Source of the DNA: Halocafeteria seosinensis
Taxonomy: Eukaryota
Direction of reading: 5' to 3'
NCBI GenBank assembly: GCA_001687465.1
Contig: LVLI01000148.1
Span: 62,001 to 126,000, forward strand
Length of the DNA stretch: 64,000 nucleotides
A model generated the notes under the pieces. It made no database searches. It was not told the origin of the DNA and saw nothing but the letters and a program-made list of their open reading frames with translations. Position numbers and translations under genes: made by a program. Positions 49,561-59,819 of the stretch are shown here, in pieces; position 1 is the first letter of the stretch, and every line of letters begins with the position of its first letter.

Positions 49561-50946
49561 ATGTCTAATGTGGTTTGGATGTACGTGTTTGCAGACTGTG
49601 CGTGCGTTGGAAAACCTGGCTCACGACCTGGACTGGCGAGTTTATGGGGAGACAAAGTGCAATATCCTCGTGAGCCGACGAAAGTGCTCTATCCACCTGA
49701 TATAGAACCCATTGGAGAGATCATAACTCGCACTTCGGATGAGAAGCGCTTAGGTGTTGCCATAGGCTCGTGCTTAAGAATGGGACCCCGACCGGATCAA
49801 GAGGATGTCGTGGACGTACACATCAGCGGAGAAAAGAGTCAAGTTTTTGCAGGGGTTTATGATGGTCACGGTGGTGTAGCTGTAGCAAATTATCTGAAAC
49901 ATCATCTTAAGAAACATGTGTTTGCGAAGTTGGAAGAGGTACATTCTCCGCATGCGGCGTTCGAACAAAGCTTTGCTGAGGTGGATAAACAACTTTGTCA
50001 ACTGTACGAGGCCGAGAATACAGGGTCATGCGCCACCGTGCTAACGATAGCGGGGGATGCACTTATGTGTGCCAATGTGGGAGATTGTGATGGGTGTCTC
50101 TGTAAGAGTGGACAAGCGTACGAACTAACAACGCGGCACAATTGCTCCAACACCAATGAAGTACAAAGGATACGAAATGCAGGAGGCAAGGTAGTTACGT
50201 TTGCCGGGGGACTACGTGTTGCCGCTGTGTTAGCGGTAACCAGAGCGTTCGGTGATGCTGCAATCAAGGGTGACCCAAGTGGGAAGGGGCTGTGCGCTTG
50301 CCCAGATGTAACGCTTATCAAGCTGGATGGTACAGAAGAATTCGTGATTATGGGAAGTGATGGACTCTTTGAAAAGTTCCCCAGCAAGCAAGAGTTAGTT
50401 AACCTCACGAAGCGACTATTGAGAGAGACCAAAGACGTTTCGTTAGCAGCAGAAAGACTCGTGGACATAACGGTGGAAGACAGACACACAAATGACAATA
50501 CGTCTGTTGTAATTATTATGCTCAACCAGAACGGAGTCAACACAAGTGACAGAAACATTATGGGTGAAGATCGTGGCTACGCCTCAAATCACCATCCGAC
50601 GAATTTGCGTTCGAGAAAAGTCTGCTATGAATCACAAAAAGCAGAGCAAGATTTCAGGCGTGCGTCTCAGATTGATATCCAGTACCAAGTGTCCTCGATT
50701 ATCAATGAATCTGAAGAGGATGAGGAGCTCGAAGAAGGTGGTAATTCAGAAGGCGAAGACGAACCTGAGGAAAATGCCAGAGATTCCAGAGATTCCAGAG
50801 ATTCCTCAGAAACGGAGCAAGACGTTGATCAAGGCTTCCACATCAAGAGCACTTCCTCGGAAGACGTCAATAATCTCTCCGCCTCTATGGAAAGGGATTC
50901 AAGCAGCAATTTGACGCGGGATACGGGGCAACTGGTCGCAGGTTAA
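49561..50946 (+). CDS. PP2C/PPM protein phosphatase; the true start may lie in an upstream exon near 49370-49445
   Basis: Motifs GPRPDQED, VYDGHGG, TGSCA, NVGD, LAVTRAFGD, GSDGLFE and DNTSVVII, followed by an acidic tail. Confidence 0.93.
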   Translation: MSNVVWMYVFADCACVGKPGSRPGLASLWGDKVQYPREPTKVLYPPDIEPIGEIITRTSDEKRLGVAIGSCLRMGPRPDQEDVVDVHISGEKSQVFAGVYDGHGGVAVANYLKHHLKKHVFAKLEEVHSPHAAFEQSFAEVDKQLCQLYEAENTGSCATVLTIAGDALMCANVGDCDGCLCKSGQAYELTTRHNCSNTNEVQRIRNAGGKVVTFAGGLRVAAVLAVTRAFGDAAIKGDPSGKGLCACPDVTLIKLDGTEEFVIMGSDGLFEKFPSKQELVNLTKRLLRETKDVSLAAERLVDITVEDRHTNDNTSVVIIMLNQNGVNTSDRNIMGEDRGYASNHHPTNLRSRKVCYESQKAEQDFRRASQIDIQYQVSSIINESEEDEELEEGGNSEGEDEPEENARDSRDSRDSSETEQDVDQGFHIKSTSSEDVNNLSASMERDSSSNLTRDTGQLVAG

Positions 50947-50952
50947 ATGGCC

Positions 50953-53133
50953 CTAATGCTGCCGTCCAGACGGGCAAAGTCCGCATAAAATGTTTAAGAT
51001 TGTACTTAAGAGTCCTCCTTTGGAGATTCTATTATTGTGTTTCCTCGATCTCTCATAGCTTAGCTCCGTGTATAACGCGCTACTAGCGGGATCTTCATCC
51101 ACTTGGGATTGTGTTTTTCCGAACCTTCTTCGCCTCTTGGAGAATTCTACCAACGCGTCCATAATATCACATTCTGCAAAGTCAGGCCATAGCATAGATG
51201 TTACGTAAATTTCCGCATATGCCAATTGCCACAGTAAGAAGTTGGAGAGGCGCAACTCCCCCGAAGTGCGTATGAGCAAATCAGGGTCGGGAAGTTCGGG
51301 GTTTGGCATGTAGCTGCGAAATAGCTTCTCGTTGACATCCTCTGCATGAAGATTTCCCTTTTGAGAAGCTTCAACAATTGCTCGAGCAGTGTCCACTATC
51401 TCTTCTCGGCCACCGTATGAAAGCGCCAGACAGACCGTAATCTCCCGGTTATTTGCCGACTCCGCAACGACCTTGGCCACCTGCTGCCGGAGTATGAACG
51501 GTAAATCGTCTGTTCTACCATTGACAACCATTTTGACACCATTGTCAACTAGTTCTTTGCATTCTTCTTGGAGGAAATTTAGAAGTAATTTCATTAAAAA
51601 GTTAACTTCAGAAGGAGGTCGTTGCCAGTTTTGGGAACTGAAGGCATACACTGTTAGATTTTGGATATTTAGTTTACGACAAAAGCGGATAGCGCGCAGG
51701 ACGGCATCCACACCCGCTTTGTGGCCTTCCGATCTTGATATCCCCTTTTTCTCAGCCCATCTACCATTACCGTCCATGATAATGGCTATATGATTCGGTG
51801 CTTTCCTTAAAACATCAGTATAGCTCCTTGTTTCTGATAGTGTCAATTCCACTGGTCTCGGGGTGAAATTAGCGAAAGGCGTTGGCAGCCAATTCTCGTT
51901 AAGAGACCACGGTACCATCTGTTGTACCAATTGAGGTATCCTTTCCGTCCGTATCATCACCAGCATTTCACCAGAAAGTGTGGTAGCCTCCAAGTTGCCA
52001 GCCATACCATTTCCAAGTAAACTACTGAGCTTTCTATTCTCCCTACTATCAGCAAACAGGAAATGGTCCTTTCCACTAGGTACCGAATATGAAATGCTGA
52101 GAACGTCACCATAAGAGTTACACAGAGACACGCAGAGACGGGAGTCCATACGTGGAAGGAAGAATATCATCCATGGGAAATCGAATGCTACAGGGAGGAC
52201 AGATTTGACTGTTATAGATAGCTGTGCTCTCTGTTCATAGCTGCTATAGAACTTGATATCGGCTCCATCTGGCAGTAGGGACGACCTCAAGACTGTGTCG
52301 TCAATATGCACTTCGACATCAACGGCCTCTACGTCGTTCCGTGAAGAGAGCTCCGAGAAGTAATTCTCAACCGTGTATGGTGTCGACGTGTTCGTGTTCA
52401 TGCTGGCTACCCGTGTAGTTTGAAGCACCGCTACGGGCATACAGTCAATGCATGTTACCGAAACTGTAGAGCATATTGTTTCAGAACTAAGTCCAATGCG
52501 CTGTCCGTCATCTCCGCGGACCACAAGTTGCGGATTTGGGAACTCTACTGTCTCATTCCCAGTACTGTAGCAGTATTTATCTAGCAATATCTTTCGTTCC
52601 TTGTCAGACAGTTTAGTGCTATGGTAATCAATCTCCTGGACACTCGAATTCGATACGGGCTCACAAGAAGCCAGGCCTCCTCTATGAGGTGTACTAGCAC
52701 GACTGTTTCGTTCATCAGCATCTGAACCGCGTACATCGCTTTCATATCCTCGAGGGGAATGACTCTGAGGCACCGAACAGGAGGATCGGGATGAGAAAAA
52801 AGTCTCCCGAGGATCATCTTCATTTTCCTCGTTATTTCCCGAGTTCTTTCGCCACAAATCTTTGTCTTCTTTATGGACAGCCTTCCCCTGACATGCATGG
52901 GTATCTGACCCACTGGTGACGGTACTGGTACCCCGTGTATCGTCTGTTATAGAGCCATTGTCGGCCTGGCTGCTGTTGGAGCCCCCATTTGCCGCCGAAG
53001 ATTGCTGTTGATTGTGTGTTTCCTGACAATGCCACCGACGAGATGAAGGTGGGATATGATAGCTGAGGGCCCTCTGGATATAGTCTGACGGAAAGGCCTT
53101 CAGGCTCTCCGTAAAAGGTGAGATAGAGGCCAT
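50953..53133 (-). CDS. cis-Prenyltransferase (UppS/undecaprenyl diphosphate synthase-like) with a ~440-aa N-terminal extension; single ORF
   Basis: Motifs PNHIAIIMDGNGRWA, YAFSSQNWQRP, ALSYGGREEI, PDLLIRTSGELRLSNFLLWQLAYAE, WPDF and RRFG. Confidence 0.92.
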   Translation of the reverse strand: MASISPFTESLKAFPSDYIQRALSYHIPPSSRRWHCQETHNQQQSSAANGGSNSSQADNGSITDDTRGTSTVTSGSDTHACQGKAVHKEDKDLWRKNSGNNEENEDDPRETFFSSRSSCSVPQSHSPRGYESDVRGSDADERNSRASTPHRGGLASCEPVSNSSVQEIDYHSTKLSDKERKILLDKYCYSTGNETVEFPNPQLVVRGDDGQRIGLSSETICSTVSVTCIDCMPVAVLQTTRVASMNTNTSTPYTVENYFSELSSRNDVEAVDVEVHIDDTVLRSSLLPDGADIKFYSSYEQRAQLSITVKSVLPVAFDFPWMIFFLPRMDSRLCVSLCNSYGDVLSISYSVPSGKDHFLFADSRENRKLSSLLGNGMAGNLEATTLSGEMLVMIRTERIPQLVQQMVPWSLNENWLPTPFANFTPRPVELTLSETRSYTDVLRKAPNHIAIIMDGNGRWAEKKGISRSEGHKAGVDAVLRAIRFCRKLNIQNLTVYAFSSQNWQRPPSEVNFLMKLLLNFLQEECKELVDNGVKMVVNGRTDDLPFILRQQVAKVVAESANNREITVCLALSYGGREEIVDTARAIVEASQKGNLHAEDVNEKLFRSYMPNPELPDPDLLIRTSGELRLSNFLLWQLAYAEIYVTSMLWPDFAECDIMDALVEFSKRRRRFGKTQSQVDEDPASSALYTELSYERSRKHNNRISKGGLLSTILNILCGLCPSGRQH

Positions 53134-53415
53134 TTTGTATTCGTGACGGAGCGCTCCCCCTTGAAGCTTGTATGTATCCTCCTCTTATACGACGCAGTAC
53201 AGGTGAATGGTGCACTGTTTCTTATTATAATCTAAATGACATATCTGAGTATGGCCGCGAGAAACTTTTTTTTCAGGGGTTGTATGGAACAATCCGGGGG
53301 AATGACCACCTGTGTCAGTTATTCAACCCCTCTTCCCGCATTCAAGCCAAAACTTTTTAACTTCCAGATCTATGACTTTGATGAGTTTAGATGTGGATTT
53401 GTTTTTTTTTTAATT

Positions 53416-55383
53416 TTATACTCGCTTGTGGATATTAAGTCTGCTGGATGCTTTCTCCAGGTCTTCCGAAAGACCACTAGGAATGGAGTGACGATGTAAA
53501 ACTTCAGCTGTACTGGTTGGAATCTCGCCGGTAGGCACAGAGACAATAGCATTCGCTGCCAAACGGAAATTTACAAATGTTGTGTGGTTGTTGATCTCGT
53601 GGTCGATCAGATCACGGGCATGCTCCAAGTTTGTAACTTTGGTTCCATTGATGTCGAGCAAGGGCAGGTGGACTAGCGTTGCTGCATCGTAACCAATCGT
53701 ATCCCCGTGAGCCAACAAATGGGCCAGTACAACCACTTGTTCACCCGGTTTTTTCATTTCTTCGACAAAAGCGGCATTGACAAGGCGAATTGGTGCTTTC
53801 ATATCCCATTCGGGTCCCCTGCAGTAGAGAATTCGGATCCGAAGATTTTCGGTCGCATGTAGCTAAGCTGCAAGATACTTACCACTGGGACTTCAAGTAC
53901 GGTATACTTAAAGGAGTAAAGACTAAGCCAGAGCATACAAGATATGATGGTTTCCTGTCATACAACGTCGGAAGTACCAATCTTGGAGGCTCCTCAAGAG
54001 TCACATTGACACGTTTCTTCTTTCCCTGGGAGGAGGAGAGGAGGAGTGTCTATACTAACGTTTTCGTGACATCTTTGGAAAGATACATACTTTTCGATAT
54101 ATTTCCATGCCAACCTCTTGTCCGTTAAATTTTAATGACAATGCGTGACCAAAGTTTATTCTCTCGGCTCCACGAAAAGGTATTGTTCCATCACTGGCCA
54201 CCGGAATCCCTTCAATTGAGTAAATCTGCAAAAAGCGACAGCCGTAAAAGACTACACAGGAATCTCTGTAGTAAGTCATAGCTTACAACATCTTCTGATC
54301 GAAGAACTTCCGCTGCTTTGGCCGTCTTGCTCACTTTATTTACGAGTACGCCTCTGTTATCGTTGTCCAACAATAAATATTCTCTTAGGTAGGCGTTCTC
54401 TAAGCTCTGCCACATGCAGCCGATTCTTCCAAAGCCAGTCGGTTTTCCGTGTGCTTCGATATCCCGCAAGAAATGCTTAACAATAGGAGTAGGAATTACA
54501 TAGCCTATGTTTTCAGCATCTTCTAAAGCTTGAAATGCAACACCCGCTGCGCGGCCGTTGTAGAATGCCGGGCCACCTGAGTTACCACTATTGATAGCGG
54601 CATCTATCTGAAGAGCTAACAACGATGCAGTACTATGACTGTACTCTTGATAGTCCACTCGCGAAACTACACCAGACGTAATGCTTAGATTATCTCCTCC
54701 CAAGGGGAAACCGACCACAGACACTCGGGACTGGAGGTCAGGTACCTCCTCTGTGAACTCTACAGCCGCATCCTTAACATTCTCCCAAAATGACTCCTTT
54801 TCCACCGTTAGAAGCGCTAAATCACAGTCATGCCCGATTCCCAGAACGGTTGCCGCGTACTTTGCAGCTTCTCCGTGCTTACGTATAAGTACACTCGAGT
54901 GGTATGCGACAGCATGGGCGTTCGTCCTGCAGCAGTTTGGAATTCTGAATTCCGCAGACAACCTGGACTTTACCCTCAACGCCAAGCTTACAATATCTTT
55001 TTCCCCGGTATAATGAATCCGGAAGCAGTGGACGATACTTCCGGCTTCATCTGCCAAGGCATCGCATAGTTCGGCTTCACACTGGAAGTGAATATCTTAA
55101 CCACTGCACCAGCACGAGGCTTAGTAATTTGAATGCTCGAGGGCTCCTATCAGAGCCAAACCTCATACGCACCTCCAGCAAACTGAGAGGAATGGACAGG
55201 GTTCTCATAGTAATCGAATATCTCCGATCCCACTGTTTGATCGTCGTGAAGCACCCCATTACCCTCCTTGACCACTCTCTGCTGCGTGTTAGCAGCATTT
55301 CTGCTTCGTTTGTTGCCTACTCCTTCTGAGATGGGTTCATTAGGCGCCTCTCCTGTGGCTTTCGCTTTCCTTTTTGGTGCCAT
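53416..55383 (-). CDS. Deg/HtrA serine protease (plant Deg2/Deg9-like, PDZ-containing); multi-exon
   Basis: Catalytic triad motifs TNAHAV, CDLALL and QIDAAINSGNSGGP, plus PNYAMPWQ, ASDGTIPFRGAERI and GEQVVVLAHLL. Confidence 0.92.
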
Positions 55384-55894
55384 TATGAGCGTCTATTGTC
55401 CTGTCTACCATAACCTTTTCAACACCAACGAAACATGGCCTTATGGCTCCTAAACATCGCTAGAGTCACTCTACATTCACAAGCAGTCTTGGAATTGAAC
55501 ACTGCTTGGACTCCACGTGACAACAACTTTCTATGTTCGCTGGGATTTCACGAAAATAGTGGAGAGACTTGCCACTGGATGAGGAGAATGCAGCAGTATG
55601 TGAAATGGTTTCGTTTATGTTATATTACAGAGTGCCGTGCAGACGTTGTATTTCCTGCTACATTGCACAATGCACTGCAGCGATGCGATAGATCCCCTCC
55701 CGAAGAGACTCGTGCAACGAGTACTAGTGAATGTTTAACTCCCAGTATCACGTCACTGGTGACTTCGAGGTTAGCTTCGTATAGCCGGCGATTCATTGAA
55801 GCGGCGCACACCATCATCTCCTGACTATAAGCATACATCTCTCTAAGTATGGCCATCAGCATCTAATACAAGTCTCAGTACATATACACTTCGC

Positions 55895-56323
55895 TTAAGA
55901 AATATTCCCTTCTGCATCCAATTCCAAGAATGGGTTGTATGCTATTTCCCAGAGGTGACCGTCTGGATCAGAGATATAGGCACTGTAGCCACCCCAGAAT
56001 ACTTTCACCGGACGCTTGACGATCTTGACACCTTTCCGCTCAAGATCAGTCACAATATCGTCTACTTCCTTCTCACTTCTGGCGTTGTAGGCGATGGTAA
56101 ATCCTTTGAACCTGGGTGCTTCCTTTTCTCCGTTCTGAACTGTGGCGTCTTCCGCAAGTTTATCATTCGGATACAGAGCTAGCATGAGCCCGTTCAGTTT
56201 GAAAAATGCAATACCATCACCTCCCATTTGCAAGCGTTTCCAACCGAATTTCTGCTCGTAGAAGTCCGTCGATTCCTTGAGATCCTGAACGCCAAGCGTA
56301 ACAATGTTGAGTCGCTGCTCCAT
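55895..56323 (-). CDS. VOC/glyoxalase-bleomycin-resistance family protein, 142 aa, intronless, bacterial-like
   Basis: MEQRLNIVTLGVQDLKESTDFYE..FGW...FWGGYSAYISDPDGHLWEIAYNP is the classic bacterial VOC pattern. Confidence 0.9.
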   Translation of the reverse strand: MEQRLNIVTLGVQDLKESTDFYEQKFGWKRLQMGGDGIAFFKLNGLMLALYPNDKLAEDATVQNGEKEAPRFKGFTIAYNARSEKEVDDIVTDLERKGVKIVKRPVKVFWGGYSAYISDPDGHLWEIAYNPFLELDAEGNIS

Positions 56324-56724
56324 GGCAGGTTCAGTGCGCAGTAGACAAACGATCCAACCACTTAGAATACCTGCAAAGGGAAAGATATCATCCAACTATC
56401 CGCGTTTCGGTGAGTATTTTCGTCCGAGACAATCTCGTCTGCTCCATACGATTACCCCGGGCCAGTCTGCTGGTACAATGTACAACGGTACGATCTTCCA
56501 TGAACTTCACATCTCTCGTGAAGCACAGAATTGCTGTGGATACGTCCTGCTAGTACCAGAAGTCGATACTACGGAAGTTTTGTCGTCCATTCATAGGTGA
56601 TGATTATCCGTATTTTGTTGTCGGATCGGATAGCATGTGCGTGTCTCGTGGCAGCTAGATGAGACATAGCGTTCTTTGTTCGCTTGTTGAACCTCTGGAT
56701 GCAGTTCCAGTGGTGTATTAGAGG

Positions 56725-59387
56725 ATGACATGGAGTGACTGGTACAGGACCATATTCGGAAGGACTAATACTGTTTGGAAGGATTCGTTCCGAGCAATTC
56801 TGGTGGTGTTACTCGTTTGTGGAGCAGTGGAATTAGCGATACGGGTGAATCCACTGAAATGGTTGGGGCTACAAGTTCTGGGCTTCCGCGTCCTGAGTCA
56901 TACCCTACTGGATTTCGTGCGCGATATGATAACGGGAAGTTCCTTTATGAACAAGCTCGCAATCACTCTTCCGGGTAATTTGGGCTTCGTCAATGGTTCT
57001 AACGCCACGCCTGAAACGGACTTGCTCACGATACTGACGGTACGGCATCCCTCAATCGCTGATCTGGATGTTGCAAGGAATGTCAGAGAACGAGATGAAC
57101 TGGCGTACGCCACTGCTTGGGGGGCGAGTTTATTTACTGCAGTAATGATTCTTACCGTGGTCTCAACGCTTTTACGGAAATACCAAGATGTGCTTGTGAA
57201 CAACTTCGTGAGGTTGCTTTCGGAACCGCACAAAGTCGTAACCCAAATTATGCTCTCGTCACTTTTTGATCCGATCTTGAAGTTCTTTTCGCCCGTTGCT
57301 TCGGTACATTTCGCTTCATTGGCAGCTACAATAGTCTTTGACTCTATCTTACAGTACAGTCCCCTGTTTCTGAGGGTCTACAGTGACTGTGACACCAGGA
57401 AAGTGGGACAACAATGGCACTGGTTTGACTTGATACCGTACAGCGATACATCTGCTAGCGATTGGCTCACTGAACGCTTTGTCGAGACGTGTTCCAATCC
57501 TCAGTTTCCTAAAGAAAATGAAGTTTCCAAGTTTTGGCAGGTGCAAATGGGAACTTTGGCGTACTTCACTGCCGTTTTCTACTCACTAGCTGTACAAACG
57601 AAATCGTTAGACGTTGGTCCGTCCGGAACGGCAACGGCGACAATTGGGATTTATGCTGTAAATGCATTGTTTCGGATACACCCTGTCATGGTTGAGAATA
57701 ATGTCCCTTTTCTGCAAGTATTATCGCTTTGTCTCTTTTATTTCCCTGTGGTACTGTGCTTCGGCTTCTCCTTGTTATATATTCAGCAGTTTGCTCCACG
57801 GTTATCAGCGTGGGTAGTGAGAAACATTCCTCCACAAAGTCGGCAGAGTTTCCCTTCGTTAATCGCGATTTCTTTGATCAACTTGATTTCGGCGGCGTTG
57901 AGCTCGGTCTTTGGAGTTATCATTGGGAGACGTCTTGGTACATTCTTCCTAGTACACAACTTTTCAGTCGACAAAGATGTTGCTCTTGGGAGCCAGTTTG
58001 TGATTCCCCTTGTTCTGACTTCTCTGATGCTGAGATTCCTAGGATGCTGGAGTTGGCTAGTGTATCAGACCCACCTCCTAAAGCTTGATTGGAGCTTACC
58101 TCAGCCAATAACTTTAGAAGTAAGTAAGAAAACCTTCTCATGCTGATCCTTTGCTACGTCTTTAGGCTATGCCGGTTTCTGTGGCAGACTTGGAAAGTCA
58201 ATAGGGAAATAGCTCATTCTCTCAGCGAAGGCGTAAACTTGCTAGAAGGGGAAACCCCCGTCTTCGACCGCATTCTTGATTTAGTTGGAGCGGTAGATGC
58301 AGCAGCTTCTCAACACGACGAAAGCACGTTTGTCGAAGTAACTGTAAAGCTGAACCTTAAGATTTTCTCCCGAGCACGAGTCACCGTTCTCATGCCTCCG
58401 ACTACGCTAACCCTTACAGGACTTGAAGACAAGCTACAGGTGAGAACGCGAGGGCGTCTGGTTGCGTTATTGTTGAGTATCGTTGGCCCCCAACACAATT
58501 CCGAGATCAGTCGAATTTTAGGGAAGGTTAGCATTGGAGGTTTGACGTCTAAGCTGCCTATAGAAGTTAGTTGGATGAAGGAGAAACACTTGTGGGCTGG
58601 AGATGTTCCCCTTACGTTGAATATTCATATTAAGAAGGCAGCTCTTAGTACAATTGTTGGAACTGCCAAGCATTCGATGGCAGGGGCATCGGGAGGTATC
58701 AGGCGCATCAAACTGAATGCTCTTCTCGACACTTTGTCTCTTTTCCGTAACTACAAGCTATGGTTCCTGCTTCAAGAGTTTTGTATACCTATCGCGCAAA
58801 CTGTTTTCGATACTCATGAACTGAGGCAGGAAAAGGAGACGGGTCCTGGATTAGGAAATCTACTGTCACAGAGCCAGAGGCTCTTTTCCTTCCAGAAAGT
58901 CGTCATTTCTGTGATCCAAAGCTGGTTGAATTACGCTGAGAGCATAGACGGTCCGGTAGTTACCCCCTGGAAACCATGGAAAGGAAGGTTCGACGCGTTC
59001 AATCATTCTTTGAAGAAATGCGCCAGGTTGGACCGAATAGCACCAGATTTTTATTATCTAGACTGGCGGGGTATTACTTCTGTCGGTTCTTTACTTATCT
59101 CACTGATTCGCCAAACCAGGCAGAGCCATGTCACAGATCCTCAGTTCTTAAGGCTCTTCAAGCTCATGGCCCTTGTAGTGGAGTCGCTACTGTGCGTCAA
59201 AGTCCTTCTTGCTTCTCAAGAATATGCTTCAAGGCAAGCACAGGAGGACACAAGAAATGCTTTCTGGGCGGTGGTGAAAAATGTAATGGATGTGACAGCG
59301 CATCTTCTGCGGGAGGATATCTCAGTGCTGTGCCGAATGACTCAATCCTTGTGGGACTTAAAGCAGGTAGAAGTAGTCAAGGAATAA
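56725..59387 (+). CDS. Multi-pass membrane protein of unknown family, paralog A; intron 58120-58187
   Basis: Hydrophobic ORF 56725-58146 splices in phase 0 to ORF 58140-59387; homologous to the next gene. Confidence 0.75.
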
Positions 59388-59819
59388 CACTGCTCAGTTT
59401 CCTTAATAACTTTTGGACTTACGTATTTCCCACCTCAAAACATCATGTTCCTAAGAAAAAGAGGTGAAAAAAAAATCGTGTTCCTGTGTCCGCACTTAAC
59501 CTCGTGCTGTGCTGGTGTTAACCTTTGGGGAGGTCGTGTTGAAGGCGCCGAAAAGTTTGCTGTGTTGAAGGGAGGAAACTTTAGAGTACTTCCGAGGCAC
59601 ATAAGGTGAGTTTTACGTCCTTGTATGTCATATGCCACCCCAGCAGAGATCGTCAGATATTTTTACGGGAGACGTCCAAGTTTAATTTTCCTTCTCTGCG
59701 GCGGTACACATGTTGCAGCCCAAGTGAACTTGAAGTTCACATCACATTTTCTCAGACTTTTTCTTGTTGCCCTTGTTACCTAGTACTTCCAATACAATTC
59801 TTGCTGTTTGTGGGACAAG

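Noticed and set aside
50779..50805. 9-bp tandem repeat AGAGATTCC x3
   Set aside because: It is an ordinary coding microrepeat (RDS)3 in a disordered tail.
43308..50946. The two PP2C genes as a recent tandem duplication
   Set aside because: Their motifs and intron patterns differ, suggesting distinct subfamilies; PP2C families are large, so proximity is weak evidence.
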